In this document: piece after piece, positions 10,256 to 20,246 of the stretch
Layout: the number at the start of each line of letters is the position of its first letter
Position numbering within the stretch: the stretch's first letter is position 1
Assembly (NCBI GenBank): GCA_964519305.1
Contig: CAZFHY010000004.1
Coordinates: 1-64,000 of the forward strand
Direction: 5' to 3'
Source of the DNA: Candidatus Undinarchaeota archaeon
GTDB lineage: Archaea; SpSt-1190; JASMDC01
Length of the DNA: 64,000 bases
Position numbers and translations under genes: made by a program
The notes under the pieces: generated by a model
What the model was told of the DNA's origin: nothing
Seen by the model: only the letters and a program-made list of their open reading frames with translations
Database searches by the model: none

Positions 10256-10762
10256 CTATTCCTGGCTAACGATCCTGGTCACCCAGTCCTCTCCACTGAG
10301 GACCTCGATGTCCCTCCCCGGGACCGCGGCGAGCACGATGGATGCATTGGACTTACTTCCGATATACTTGGCACCTTTCGCATTGAAGTAGCCCTGGATG
10401 TCATCGGGCGCACCCTCGCTCACGTACACACCGACCACGTAGCTGGAATCAGGATCGCTGCTGACCTTTTCCGCCAAGGTAGGATCGATCTTAGGCTCAC
10501 CCATAGTGAGGAGGAAGGCCGCGGCGATGAGGGCCACCGCGACGACGGCCGCAACAGCTACCTGCTTTTTCTTGTCCTGCTTCGAGCCTGATGTGGATGT
10601 CGTCGCATGGGCGGGCTTGTCCCCGCTAACGACGCCCTCCTGGTACTGCCGGGTGTTCGCATAGGTCTTGTAGGTGTAGTAAGCGGGATAGTATTGTTGG
10701 TACTGGGAACGATCGTAGGTCCCCTGGCCATACCCGGACTGTCCGTACCCTCCCTGTTGCAT
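10256..10762 (-). CDS. Single-pass membrane protein: Tyr/Gln/Gly-rich N-terminus, small C-terminal domain resembling a subtilase propeptide
   Basis: MQQGGYGQSGYGQGTY..., KKKQ plus TM, then a ~65-aa alpha/beta domain. Start reassigned to ATG 10762. Confidence 0.6.
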   Translation of the reverse strand: MQQGGYGQSGYGQGTYDRSQYQQYYPAYYTYKTYANTRQYQEGVVSGDKPAHATTSTSGSKQDKKKQVAVAAVVAVALIAAAFLLTMGEPKIDPTLAEKVSSDPDSSYVVGVYVSEGAPDDIQGYFNAKGAKYIGSKSNASIVLAAVPGRDIEVLSGEDWVTRIVSQE

Positions 10763-10827
10763 GGTCTGCTCGATACACTGGATTCCATCAAGGAATTTAT
10801 AGCTTCGCATCCTTCGTGTGACCCGGG

Positions 10828-11910
10828 ATGACACGCAAAGGGGCTAGAGTTCCGTACGTGGTGAAGGTCGGTGGGTCCGTGCTCGCCACGCCGCGGGACA
10901 TCTGTCATGCGATCGAGAGCATTAACGATTCGCTCGGTCTTCCAGCCGTCATCGTCGTCTCGGCGATGAAGGGAGAGACGGACCGGCTCTTCTCGACCGC
11001 CTTGGGTGCCGGCATCACATCCCCCGATGCTGTGGACTCCATCGTCGCCCAGGGAGAGGTCACCACCTGTCGGATCCTGGGTGCAGCACTAGAGCACAGG
11101 GGCATCGATACAATAGTGCTCACTCCCTGCAACGGGGAATGGCCCATCATTACCGACGACCGCTTCGGTGACGCAACTCCGATCCTCGACAGAACGGACG
11201 CTGCTCTCGACATGGTCCGTGAGGCCCTCGACAAGGGTACCACTGTGGTCATGGCAGGCTTCCTCGGTATGACCGCGAACGGACGCATTACTACCCTCGG
11301 CCGCGGGGGGAGCGATCTGTCTGCCATACTGGTCGGGCGTCTCCTCGGGCTGCGCGTCGTTCTGGCAAAGGACGTGGACGGCTGCTATCCTGACGATCCC
11401 AAGGGAAAGGGAAGGAACGCCCGGTTCTCCACCATGAGCACAGAGGACCTCCTCGCTCTGGCAAAGGACGGCGCACCCATCGTCCAACGGAAAGCGCTGG
11501 ATTTCATCGACGAGGGCATGCAAGTATCGGTGACATGCCTCGACGACCTGCGGGGAGGTACGGTCGTTGAGACCAAGGCCTGCACTACGCTCGACGAGGT
11601 CCCGCCCTCGGGTCAGAGCGAGCTCGCTAGGCTCCGCGAGCGCCTCCGTGGCGTCGACCTCGCCATGGCTTCCCTCCTCGGGGAGCGCTTCCATGTGGCT
11701 CGGGATATCTACGAGATCAAGCAACGGTACGGGCTCTCCCTGCGTGTCCCGGACCAAGAGATCAAGAACACCGAGAACTTCACCGAGGCATGCGCACGCC
11801 TCGGACTCCCCCGGGAGCTTGGTACCTCCCTCATCCGGACGATCATCGACGAGTCGTTGCGGATCCAGCGTGTCCTCCAGCTGCGTGGAAGAGAGGATCA
11901 GTCGAACTGA
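10828..11910 (+). CDS. Aspartate kinase catalytic domain fused to an AroQ-type chorismate mutase domain
   Basis: VVKVGGS, VVSAM, TTLGRGGSD, KDVDG; C-terminal LRERL..VD....LL.ER....I..IK...E...ES..IQ. Confidence 0.85.
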   Translation: MTRKGARVPYVVKVGGSVLATPRDICHAIESINDSLGLPAVIVVSAMKGETDRLFSTALGAGITSPDAVDSIVAQGEVTTCRILGAALEHRGIDTIVLTPCNGEWPIITDDRFGDATPILDRTDAALDMVREALDKGTTVVMAGFLGMTANGRITTLGRGGSDLSAILVGRLLGLRVVLAKDVDGCYPDDPKGKGRNARFSTMSTEDLLALAKDGAPIVQRKALDFIDEGMQVSVTCLDDLRGGTVVETKACTTLDEVPPSGQSELARLRERLRGVDLAMASLLGERFHVARDIYEIKQRYGLSLRVPDQEIKNTENFTEACARLGLPRELGTSLIRTIIDESLRIQRVLQLRGREDQSN

Positions 11911-11978
11911 CCCGGATAGACCGCCGCTCGAAATAAGCTTTATATAAGCCTAGGGACTGAGTATTCATTGGAGTTCCG

Positions 11979-12920
11979 ATGTCTGCGGAGTGGGTGTACT
12001 ACACTTGTGCGGGTTGCGGCCACAGTGGTCGGTACAGCATGGACAATCCGACCCTTGCCTGCCCGAAGTGCGGCACTCCGACGACTGGGACGGGGGGCGC
12101 CACGCTCACCGATGAGATGCTCGGAGCCATGCCCGAGGTCCAGGACGACTCCGGCTGGGGAGACTACAGCGGCTCGAAGTGGACACCTGGAACAGCTACA
12201 TCACAAGCGTACCTACCGGAGGGACAGGGCCCCCCGCTCGCCCTCGAGGGGAGCCTGTTCTCGCAGGAGGCCAGCCTGGGGGGGGCCAAGATGGACGGCC
12301 TGGACCCGGGGGCCGAGAACGAGCTGGCAAAGATCTTCGCGGACGAGGACTCTGGCTCCGGCATGATGTCAGCGGTCATCATCTGCGCTTTCATCATGGT
12401 CCTCGGTCTGGCTATCGCCTACCAGTTCGCGTTCATCACCACCGTCAAGAAGCTCACCGCCGAGAAGGTGGCAGAGGGCATGGCGGGCGGCGACTGGGTG
12501 TTCGAGATGCAGTGCAAGAAGGCGCGTTACTGCAGCGGTCCGGTGGGACGATGCAAGGGTAAGCCAGAGGAACGGCTGTGCTTCATCATCGAGAACACCG
12601 GTAAGGCGCCCATCCCACCATCGGTGATCCAACATATGGCCATGGACTTCCATAAGGTAAAGGAGGGGATCAACGAGGTCGAGATCATCCCCTTCACCGA
12701 TATCTGGTTCCTGGAAGAGGAGGAATGTCACCGCCTCCCTGAATGCGACGGGTGCAAGAGCATCGGTACGAAGAAGACCTTCACGATCATGGTACCGACA
12801 GACTTCGTCGCCAACGACCTGGGCGAAATGTTCTATGAGCTCGAGACGGCCAAGGTCAAACCACGGGCAGAGATGACGAACACGGGCGTACCATGTACCG
12901 TCCGGTTCGAGTATCTGTGA
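11979..12920 (+). CDS. Zinc-ribbon + TM + Cys-rich extracellular domain protein
   Basis: CAGC...CPKC, acidic linker, one TM, IENTG beta-motif; TATA box at ~11939. Confidence 0.7.
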   Translation: MSAEWVYYTCAGCGHSGRYSMDNPTLACPKCGTPTTGTGGATLTDEMLGAMPEVQDDSGWGDYSGSKWTPGTATSQAYLPEGQGPPLALEGSLFSQEASLGGAKMDGLDPGAENELAKIFADEDSGSGMMSAVIICAFIMVLGLAIAYQFAFITTVKKLTAEKVAEGMAGGDWVFEMQCKKARYCSGPVGRCKGKPEERLCFIIENTGKAPIPPSVIQHMAMDFHKVKEGINEVEIIPFTDIWFLEEEECHRLPECDGCKSIGTKKTFTIMVPTDFVANDLGEMFYELETAKVKPRAEMTNTGVPCTVRFEYL

Positions 12921-12932
12921 GCTGGACGGACG

Positions 12933-14297
12933 TTATCCTTTCGTTATGATCCGCGGTCTCACTTGTGGGAGCAGGCCTGGAATGATCACACGGACCACGG
13001 GCATACCGATCTTGGGATGGGTGAGGTTGACGGCGATGACGTCGTACCCTCGAGACTCCAGCTCTCCCAGGAGCAGCTTCAGGTCATCGCACACGTCCGT
13101 GGTGGACCTGTCCAAGAATCTGTCAAGAGGAACGGAGCGTTTCGGCTTCTTGTTGGGCACCACGAGCTCGCACCCGGGCGTGCTAAGGGGAAGCTCCGCG
13201 ACGACTCGCTCCCCTGCGAGGTGGCTCTGGAACACACCTGCGGTCTGTACGAACTCCGTGACGGCGCGAAGGAGAGCATACTCGGGATCCAGATGGGTAC
13301 CGCCGGACACGACCACGTCGTACATGTCACCGATACGGTAGAAGAGAAGGGAAGAGAAGGTCGCTAGGTCGATTCCTGCGCTGTTCTCGTGAGTAAGTGT
13401 CATGGACCGCGCTCCGACCTCGCCCTTGCAGAGGTCGTTGAGGTAAGGATTGCGAGCTTCATCGACAGTGACCCCGGTGTGCCCCGTGAAGCTGCGCAGG
13501 TCAAGGGTGCGCATGTCGTTGAACTGGGCATCCCGTTCCAGCACCTCGGTGACGCCCATGAACACCGCCTCCTCCATGGTGTTCCCCGAGGCCAGCCCGT
13601 TTGAGCTACCGCCACCGAAGAGCTTGCGTCCGTCATCGTCCTCGATGTTCCATTCGAGGAGAACGAAGCAGGCAGGGACGAGCACCGGTTCGTCCTTGAT
13701 GAGGTTGTGGCCCGGGACCCAAAGGCTCAGGAGACTGTCCCTGACCATACCCCACTGTTCGGAGTCGAACGAGGCAGTGCGACCCTTGATCCCGTCCGAG
13801 AGCGTGCTCCCGCTCCCGGCGGCCCCCCGCCCGCCGGTCCGTGAGAACAGGTCCACCATGGCACGGTCGAAGTTACCGACACAATCCCATTGTGTAGGCC
13901 GGAGCGGTGGGACGAGCTCCGCCGGATGTATGGCGCGGTCCTCCACATCGTCCCATTTGGCGACCGTGATGAGGTCCTTCCGACGGTACATCTGTGACGA
14001 GTAACGTTCGATGAACTCCATGAGCCCGCTCGCCTTGGCCTGGACCATGGTGGGACCCTTCCCGAGGGTGCGCATGTACCGGCCCTCGCGCATCGACATC
14101 ACGTACACCGGGTAGCCGAACGAATATCGCTCATCGATCTTCTTGACCTCGAGCTTCCCCAGTCCCTCGATAACCCGCTCCGCCCGTGCCACCGTCTCCT
14201 CGGGATGGCAGACGCGGTGGGCGACGTCCGTGCAGACCTTGGGCGCCATCTTGAAATCGAATGCTGTGTCTTGTACGATGATACTTCCCCTTTCCAT
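12933..14297 (-). CDS. YcaO-family ATP-dependent peptide-backbone modifying enzyme
   Basis: PEET, GKG..QAKASGLMEFIERYS, SNGLASGN..EEA...EVLERDA, RAVTE, PVVRVIIPGL. Confidence 0.92.
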   Translation of the reverse strand: MERGSIIVQDTAFDFKMAPKVCTDVAHRVCHPEETVARAERVIEGLGKLEVKKIDERYSFGYPVYVMSMREGRYMRTLGKGPTMVQAKASGLMEFIERYSSQMYRRKDLITVAKWDDVEDRAIHPAELVPPLRPTQWDCVGNFDRAMVDLFSRTGGRGAAGSGSTLSDGIKGRTASFDSEQWGMVRDSLLSLWVPGHNLIKDEPVLVPACFVLLEWNIEDDDGRKLFGGGSSNGLASGNTMEEAVFMGVTEVLERDAQFNDMRTLDLRSFTGHTGVTVDEARNPYLNDLCKGEVGARSMTLTHENSAGIDLATFSSLLFYRIGDMYDVVVSGGTHLDPEYALLRAVTEFVQTAGVFQSHLAGERVVAELPLSTPGCELVVPNKKPKRSVPLDRFLDRSTTDVCDDLKLLLGELESRGYDVIAVNLTHPKIGMPVVRVIIPGLLPQVRPRIITKG

Positions 14298-14420
14298 AGG
14301 AAAGATAACAAGCGTTTATCCTTTTCGATTAACGGATTCCATACTGGACCGTCCGGAGGCATCGTGGTTTTGTCCAACAGACCTGAGCCGGAAAGCTTTT
14401 CAAGGGCCATACCACTGTAG

Positions 14421-15116
14421 ATGACCATGCGCCTCGATGCAGCACTCGTGGAGCGGGGACTGCTCCCGTCACGGACCAGGGCCAAGGGTGCCGTCATCGC
14501 AGGCCTGGTCTCTGTCGACGGCGAGGTCATGACCAAACCGTCCACGAAGGTGGACCCTACCAGCCGGCTAGAGGTAGCGCCCGAGGGCATCCTCCCCCGT
14601 GGCTATCGCAAGCTAGCGACCATCGATGGAGCGTGGGGTATCGTCCAGAAGGAGGACGTCGTGCTGGACCTGGGTTCGAGTGCAGGCGGTTTCATCCTCT
14701 ACTGCGCACCACGGTGTGCTCAGGTGTACGGTATCGAAGTGACCGATGAGTTCCGCCCCACACTTGATGGTGTGACGGGCCGGTCCGCGAACGTCTCGGT
14801 GACCTTCGCCGACGCTTTTACCGTGGACCCCGCCATCGTCACCGAAAGAGAGCCCGTGACGCTCGTCCTCAACGACCTCACCGTGGACCCGATCGCATCC
14901 TTAGGCGTCACTGCACGGTTCCTCCCTTTACTGGTCCCGGGGGGACGTGTCCTCCAGGTGCTCAAGCTGGGAGCAGGGGACGAGAAAGAGCTAGAGGAAC
15001 TCGGACGGGCAGCGCTCAGGAAGATGGGCGTTACCGTCGAGCGGGCCATGCGGGGCGAGGGGAAGGAGCTGTACCTCCTGGGACGACGAGCTTTCGACAC
15101 CCAGGGCGCGGAGTAG
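14421..15116 (+). CDS. tlyA: TlyA-like rRNA methyltransferase (S4 + FtsJ domains)
   Basis: MRLD..LV.RGL..SR..A S4 domain, RG.RKL, LDLGSSAGGF SAM motif. Confidence 0.82.
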   Translation: MTMRLDAALVERGLLPSRTRAKGAVIAGLVSVDGEVMTKPSTKVDPTSRLEVAPEGILPRGYRKLATIDGAWGIVQKEDVVLDLGSSAGGFILYCAPRCAQVYGIEVTDEFRPTLDGVTGRSANVSVTFADAFTVDPAIVTEREPVTLVLNDLTVDPIASLGVTARFLPLLVPGGRVLQVLKLGAGDEKELEELGRAALRKMGVTVERAMRGEGKELYLLGRRAFDTQGAE

Positions 15117-15124
15117 GGCAGCGC

Positions 15125-15409
15125 TCAGCCAGCGTACTCTCGGACGATCTCTTCCATGGTGTCCCACCAGGCGGCCCGGGCCTTGCGACGCAGGCGCTCG
15201 TAATCGATGTCGACGTTCTTGTCGAACTTGTCGATCCATCCGGCGACCTCGAGCCCGATATCATCGTCCTGTGCCCCGAGCACCTTGAGCCATGTGTGGA
15301 GGGATTTCAGTGCCTCATAGATGCGTTCTCGCCACTCGGGAGCCGAGCGCTCCGAGATGAAGCTCAGGTTGTAGCCGATGATCAGAAATGCCATGTGCGC
15401 CTCGGCCAT
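15125..15409 (-). CDS. Hypothetical protein
   Basis: ~94-aa ORF divergent from the next gene. Confidence 0.5.
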   Translation of the reverse strand: MAEAHMAFLIIGYNLSFISERSAPEWRERIYEALKSLHTWLKVLGAQDDDIGLEVAGWIDKFDKNVDIDYERLRRKARAAWWDTMEEIVREYAG

Positions 15410-15462
15410 GGTCATCGGTCAGTTGCCAAAGTTTTTATTTCTACGACCGTTGTCCCCGAACC

Positions 15463-17997
15463 ATGAAAGCAGTCGTCATGGCCGGAGGGAAGGGCACCCG
15501 GCTCCTCCCCGTAACCTGCGGCATCCCCAAACCGCTCGCCCACATCGTCAACAAGCCCATGCTCGTTCACATCATCGAGCTCCTGAAAAAGCACGGTATC
15601 ACTGACGTTATCCTCACTACACGATATCTCGCCGACCAGATCCAGGAGTTCTTCGGCGACGGCTCGGAGTACGGCGTGAACATCTCCTACTCCGTGGAGG
15701 AGAAAGCGTTGGGAACGGCCGGCGGTGTGAAGCTCGTCCACGACCAGCTGGACGACACGTTCCTCGTGCTCTCGGGCGACGTGCTCACCGACTTCGACCT
15801 CACCAAGCTCCTCGATTTCCACAAGAAGAACAAGGCCGCCGTGACCATCGGCCTCACGCGGGTGGAGAACCCGTTGGAGTACGGTATCGTGATCACCGAC
15901 CAGAACGGCCGCATCTCCCGGTTCCTGGAAAAGCCTGGTTGGAGCGAGGTGTTCAGCGACACAATCAACACCGGCACCTATGTCATCGAACCTCGAGTGT
16001 TCGAACGGCTTCCCGAGGGCAAGGTGCGCGATTTCTCAAAGGACCTCTTCCCCGAGCTTCTGAGCGACGGGGAGCCCATGTACGGCTACGTAGACGACTG
16101 CTACTGGCACGACGTTGGCAATCCCGAGAAATTCATCGTGGGCGCTCACGACGTCCTCACCGGCAAGGTGAAGGCAGAAGTGCCCGGAAAGGCCAAGGAG
16201 ATGGGCGGAGAATCCGTCTGGATCGGCAAGGACGCCATCATCGAGGAGGGCGCCATCATCCGAGGCCCATCGGTCATCGGTGACAACGTCATAATCTGCA
16301 AGGGCGCCGAGGTCGGTCCACTGGCGTCCATCGGCAACAACGTGACCATCGGGCCTGATGCACAGGTCTCCCGCTCAGTAGTGCTTGGCAACGCCCGCAT
16401 ACTCGAGGGTGCCGTGCTCCAGCGCTGCTGCGTATGCCCCGGCGTCAATGTCGGGTCCGGCGCCATCATCGAGCACGATGCGGTGGTCGGTGAGAACACG
16501 GTCGTCGGCCGCAAGAGCCACATCCATTCCGGCATCAAGCTCTGGCCAGGCAAGGTCGTCGAGCCCGGTGCTGTGGTGAACATGGACGTCAAGGTGGGCG
16601 TCACCTGGCTTCAGCACCTCTTCGGCGCCTCAGGCGTCACCGGTTCGGTGAACATAGAGATCACACCTGAGTTCGCCACCAGGCTCGGCGCCTCCATCGG
16701 CACGTTCCTGGGATCGGGCACACAGGTCATCATCGGACGCGACACACGCCTGTCCACCCGCATGATCAAGAGGGCCCTAGTGGCAGGGCTCTCCTCCGTC
16801 GGTGTGACGGCCATGAACGTCACCGTGGCACCCACACCGGTCATCCAGTACCTGGTCAACGCTTACGCTGCCAAGGGCGGTATCGCTGTCACCGGCGGCC
16901 ACAAGATGGGACAAGTGACCATCAAGGTGTTCGGCGACAACGGCAGGGACATCGACGAGGCCGAGAAGCGCAAGATAGAGGACATCTTCTTCAAGAGCGA
17001 CCTCAAGCGGGCGGAGCCCATGAACGTGGGCGACGTGGAGTTCCCGGCACGCTACCTCGACCGCTACCGGCGCAACATCAAGAAGCATCTGGACATCGAG
17101 TCGATCACCAAGCGCAGACCCCGGATCGTCGTGGACTGCGCAATGGGCGCGGGCTCAGTTATCGCCCCGCTCATCCTACAGGAGATCGGGTGCGAGGTGC
17201 TCTCGCTCAACGCCCAGGTGGGCACGGTTACCCAAGAGAGCCGACCGACACCCGAGGCACTCTCCCACCTCTCGAAGACGGTGAAGGCCCTCGGGGCGGA
17301 CTTCGGGGTCGCCTACGACCTTGACGCCGACAAGCTCATGTGCGTCACCGACGACGGACAGATCGTGATGGGGGACGTGCTTCTCGCGCTCATGGCCATG
17401 TGCCTGCTCAAGAAGGGCGAGAAGATGGTCGTGCCCGTCACCGCGTCGCTGGTCGTCGAGGAAGCAGCCCAGAAGGCCGGTGCCGAGATCATCCGTGCCA
17501 AGATGAGCCCGGCCGTGCTCGAGAGGACCATCATCGAGAGCGGTGCCGTGCTCGGCGGGGACGAACTGGGGGCATGCATCTTCCCGCAGTTCCAGCTCTC
17601 TAGGGACGGCATCCTGCTGGCGGCAAAGCTGGCCGAGATCGTGTCCGGCTACGACGAACCGCTCTCCAAGCTCGTGGAGAAGGTGCCCGTCACCAACGTG
17701 CTCCGCGACACGGTGGAGTGCCCGTGGGAGTACCGGGGACGCATCATGCGGACCATCATGGAGATGGCCGAGGGTAAGGAGATCGAGACGCTGGACGGTC
17801 TGAAGGTGTGGTTCGACGACGGATGGGTGCTCATCAGACCCGACGGATCGCGGCCCGTGTTCCACGTGATCTCCGAGTCAAAGGACAAGGACACCGCCAA
17901 GGAGTACCTCAACCGGTACAAGTCCTTCATCGAGGACGCCAAGTACGATCTCGATGTGGAGGAAGGCCGCGCCGAAGAGGACGAGGGCTCCTCATAG
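15463..17997 (+). CDS. Sugar-1-phosphate (mannose-1-P) nucleotidyltransferase fused to a phosphomannomutase-like domain
   Basis: [24 protein letters not shown], hexapeptide repeats, LFG..GV.G, GRDTR, WVLIRP. Confidence 0.92.
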   Translation: MKAVVMAGGKGTRLLPVTCGIPKPLAHIVNKPMLVHIIELLKKHGITDVILTTRYLADQIQEFFGDGSEYGVNISYSVEEKALGTAGGVKLVHDQLDDTFLVLSGDVLTDFDLTKLLDFHKKNKAAVTIGLTRVENPLEYGIVITDQNGRISRFLEKPGWSEVFSDTINTGTYVIEPRVFERLPEGKVRDFSKDLFPELLSDGEPMYGYVDDCYWHDVGNPEKFIVGAHDVLTGKVKAEVPGKAKEMGGESVWIGKDAIIEEGAIIRGPSVIGDNVIICKGAEVGPLASIGNNVTIGPDAQVSRSVVLGNARILEGAVLQRCCVCPGVNVGSGAIIEHDAVVGENTVVGRKSHIHSGIKLWPGKVVEPGAVVNMDVKVGVTWLQHLFGASGVTGSVNIEITPEFATRLGASIGTFLGSGTQVIIGRDTRLSTRMIKRALVAGLSSVGVTAMNVTVAPTPVIQYLVNAYAAKGGIAVTGGHKMGQVTIKVFGDNGRDIDEAEKRKIEDIFFKSDLKRAEPMNVGDVEFPARYLDRYRRNIKKHLDIESITKRRPRIVVDCAMGAGSVIAPLILQEIGCEVLSLNAQVGTVTQESRPTPEALSHLSKTVKALGADFGVAYDLDADKLMCVTDDGQIVMGDVLLALMAMCLLKKGEKMVVPVTASLVVEEAAQKAGAEIIRAKMSPAVLERTIIESGAVLGGDELGACIFPQFQLSRDGILLAAKLAEIVSGYDEPLSKLVEKVPVTNVLRDTVECPWEYRGRIMRTIMEMAEGKEIETLDGLKVWFDDGWVLIRPDGSRPVFHVISESKDKDTAKEYLNRYKSFIEDAKYDLDVEEGRAEEDEGSS

Positions 17998-18317
17998 ACG
18001 GCTAACAGAAGGAAGCGAGGCGTCTCCTACCCTAGGTCATGTCATCGCCCGGTTAGGCTCGAACATCGATGTGCGGTCATCCGCCTCGTTAACAGAGTAG
18101 TCGGTGTGAAGGTATAAGGGTTTCGGAGCGGACGCGAGGTCGTTATGTGACATTGCCCCCACTCTCGCCCCCCCACCACAGGTCCACCACTTCATAACCG
18201 TGGGAGGACATCATCCGCTGGATGTTTGCGGGTGAGTGTGTCCTCAAACCCTCCCCCGGGGCAGACTGCGGCGGTTCATAAACTTATAATCCCTCGTATT
18301 CATTGTGCATCGTGTCA

Positions 18318-19157
18318 GTGGACAAGATACCGATCAGCAGGTTCTCGCTGATGACCCGCCTCTCACAGAAGGCGCTGCGCCTGTACGACAGGAAAGGCCT
18401 CTTGGAGGCGGCGGCAAAGAACCCTTTCACAGGGTACCGGTATTACACCATCCCTCAGATCGAACGGGGGATCAGGATCAAGAACCTCGCACGACTGGGA
18501 TTCGGCCTGGACGAGATCGCGACGTTCCTCGACGCAGAGGAGCGGAGTGAGCGGGACGTGCTCGAGGCGCTGCGCCACCAGAAGCGCACGGAACTCGGTG
18601 CGGAGCTCGAACGGCTAGAGAATGTCAAGGAGGCACTGTCGTCCACTGACCGGATGCTGGATGTGTTGAACATGAAGGTACCGGAACCAGCAATCAAGGA
18701 CATACCAGAAACACGGATCGTGAGCAAGCGCGAGAAGGGGAGCTACGAGACAACCGTCGGGAAGCTCGCCGGGGAGCTGATGGACGTGGTCTTCAATCCC
18801 GACAACCAGCGTAACAACGTGCGGATAACGGGCCCCATCATGATGCTCTGTCATGACGAGGAGTACAGGGAGACCGATGCGGACATCGGTGTGGCCGTGC
18901 CCATCTCCGGGAGGATCACCGTCGACGAACCCTCCATCGAGATCAAGACGCTGCCGGGGGTAAGGGCCATATCGGTCGTCCACAAGGGACCCTACCGGAA
19001 CATCGACAAGGCGTACGCCGCCGTCCTGCAGTTCGCTGCCGAGAAGGGCCTTGCGCTCGCGCTCCCCTACCGCGAGCTGTATCTCAACGATCCCAACGAG
19101 GTCCCCGAGGAGGAGCTCATGACGGAGATCCAGTTCCCGGTAGTGGAGACGGGATAG
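18318..19157 (+). CDS. MerR family transcriptional regulator with GyrI-like effector domain (BmrR-like)
   Basis: KALRLYD..GLL...TGYRYY; HKGPY, RELYLNDP, TEIQFP. Start uncertain (18303-18318). Confidence 0.92.
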   Translation: MDKIPISRFSLMTRLSQKALRLYDRKGLLEAAAKNPFTGYRYYTIPQIERGIRIKNLARLGFGLDEIATFLDAEERSERDVLEALRHQKRTELGAELERLENVKEALSSTDRMLDVLNMKVPEPAIKDIPETRIVSKREKGSYETTVGKLAGELMDVVFNPDNQRNNVRITGPIMMLCHDEEYRETDADIGVAVPISGRITVDEPSIEIKTLPGVRAISVVHKGPYRNIDKAYAAVLQFAAEKGLALALPYRELYLNDPNEVPEEELMTEIQFPVVETG

Positions 19158-19481
19158 TCCGAAGCACAACGTATCATCGGAAGGCTTCCATCAGGCCGAC
19201 CTCATCTTCACCACCGCTGAGGTTGTTGAATGAACAGGTAATGGGCAACGTCACATATCAGCAGGTTATCCGACGTCATTTCGGGCGTCTGGATTGTTGA
19301 TGAATCCATAATGATAGAGTAATCAGTTAACAGGCCCTAACTGCTTACCTTATCATTATGAATCACATGCCTGTATCCAGTGAACTCGTCATAACCCCGT
19401 CCTGTTCGAAGCATCATCTACCCTGGCGCCGCCCCCCCGCAGTCGTAACCTATATCAAACTGTACCGTCCCCTAGCCCCCC

Positions 19482-20246
19482 ATGGCCGACACCTATCACA
19501 TCGGGCTGAACAAGGGGGACGCCCCCAAGATCATGCTCCTTCCCGGCGATCCCGCCCGGGCCGAGTACATCTCCAAGTTCTTCGACAATCCGCGCAAGCT
19601 CGCACAGAACCGCGAGTTCACCACCTACGTTGGCACCTACAAGGGCATACCGGTCGGCGTCACGTCAACGGGCATAGGTGGGCCGTCGGCCGCCATCGCC
19701 GTGGAAGAGCTCATCCAGGTGGGCGCCAGTATATTCATCCGTGTTGGCACCGCCGGTTCGCTCCAGCCGCATGTCAAGCTCAACGACCTTGTCGTCGTCA
19801 GCGGTGCCGTGCGCGAGGACGGGACCAGCCGCCAGTACGTGCCCATCTCGTTCCCCGCCGTGGCCGATATCGATGTCATGGACGCCCTGCGGCTCTCCGC
19901 CCGGGACAAGGGCTATCCGTACCACATCGGCCTTGCCCACGTGAAGGACGCTTTCTACATCGAGGAACCGGACGACATCCCCATCGGCGTCGACCTGGAG
20001 AAGAAGTGGAGCTTCTGGAAGAAGGCCGGCGTGCTGGCCACGTCCATGGAGTCGGCATCGATCTTCGTGGTAGCCCAGATCCGCGGATGCAAGGCAGGCA
20101 CCGTGCTCGTGGCCGTGGGCGAGACCGCCGAGGGCGAACCGTTCTCGGACATCGACACCACCTCGGGCACGAACAACGCCATCACCTGTGCTCTCGAGGC
20201 CGCCGTCCGCCTGTACGAGGCGGGTGACGAGGGCGTGCTCAAGTGA
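19482..20246 (+). CDS. udp: Uridine phosphorylase
   Basis: YHIGL, LPGDPARA, NREF, STGIGGPS.AIAVEEL, IRVGTAG, SMES. Confidence 0.9.
   Translation: MADTYHIGLNKGDAPKIMLLPGDPARAEYISKFFDNPRKLAQNREFTTYVGTYKGIPVGVTSTGIGGPSAAIAVEELIQVGASIFIRVGTAGSLQPHVKLNDLVVVSGAVREDGTSRQYVPISFPAVADIDVMDALRLSARDKGYPYHIGLAHVKDAFYIEEPDDIPIGVDLEKKWSFWKKAGVLATSMESASIFVVAQIRGCKAGTVLVAVGETAEGEPFSDIDTTSGTNNAITCALEAAVRLYEAGDEGVLK

Noticed and set aside
12933-14297. YcaO as evidence of methanogenesis or a RiPP cluster
   Set aside because: No mcr, tfuA, dehydrogenase, transporter or adjacent precursor gene.
18000-19480. MerR gene with long flanks as a mobile cassette
   Set aside because: No terminal repeats, target duplication or transposase were seen.
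19358-20227. 289-aa Arg/His-rich ORF
   Set aside because: Alternative frame overlapping udp.
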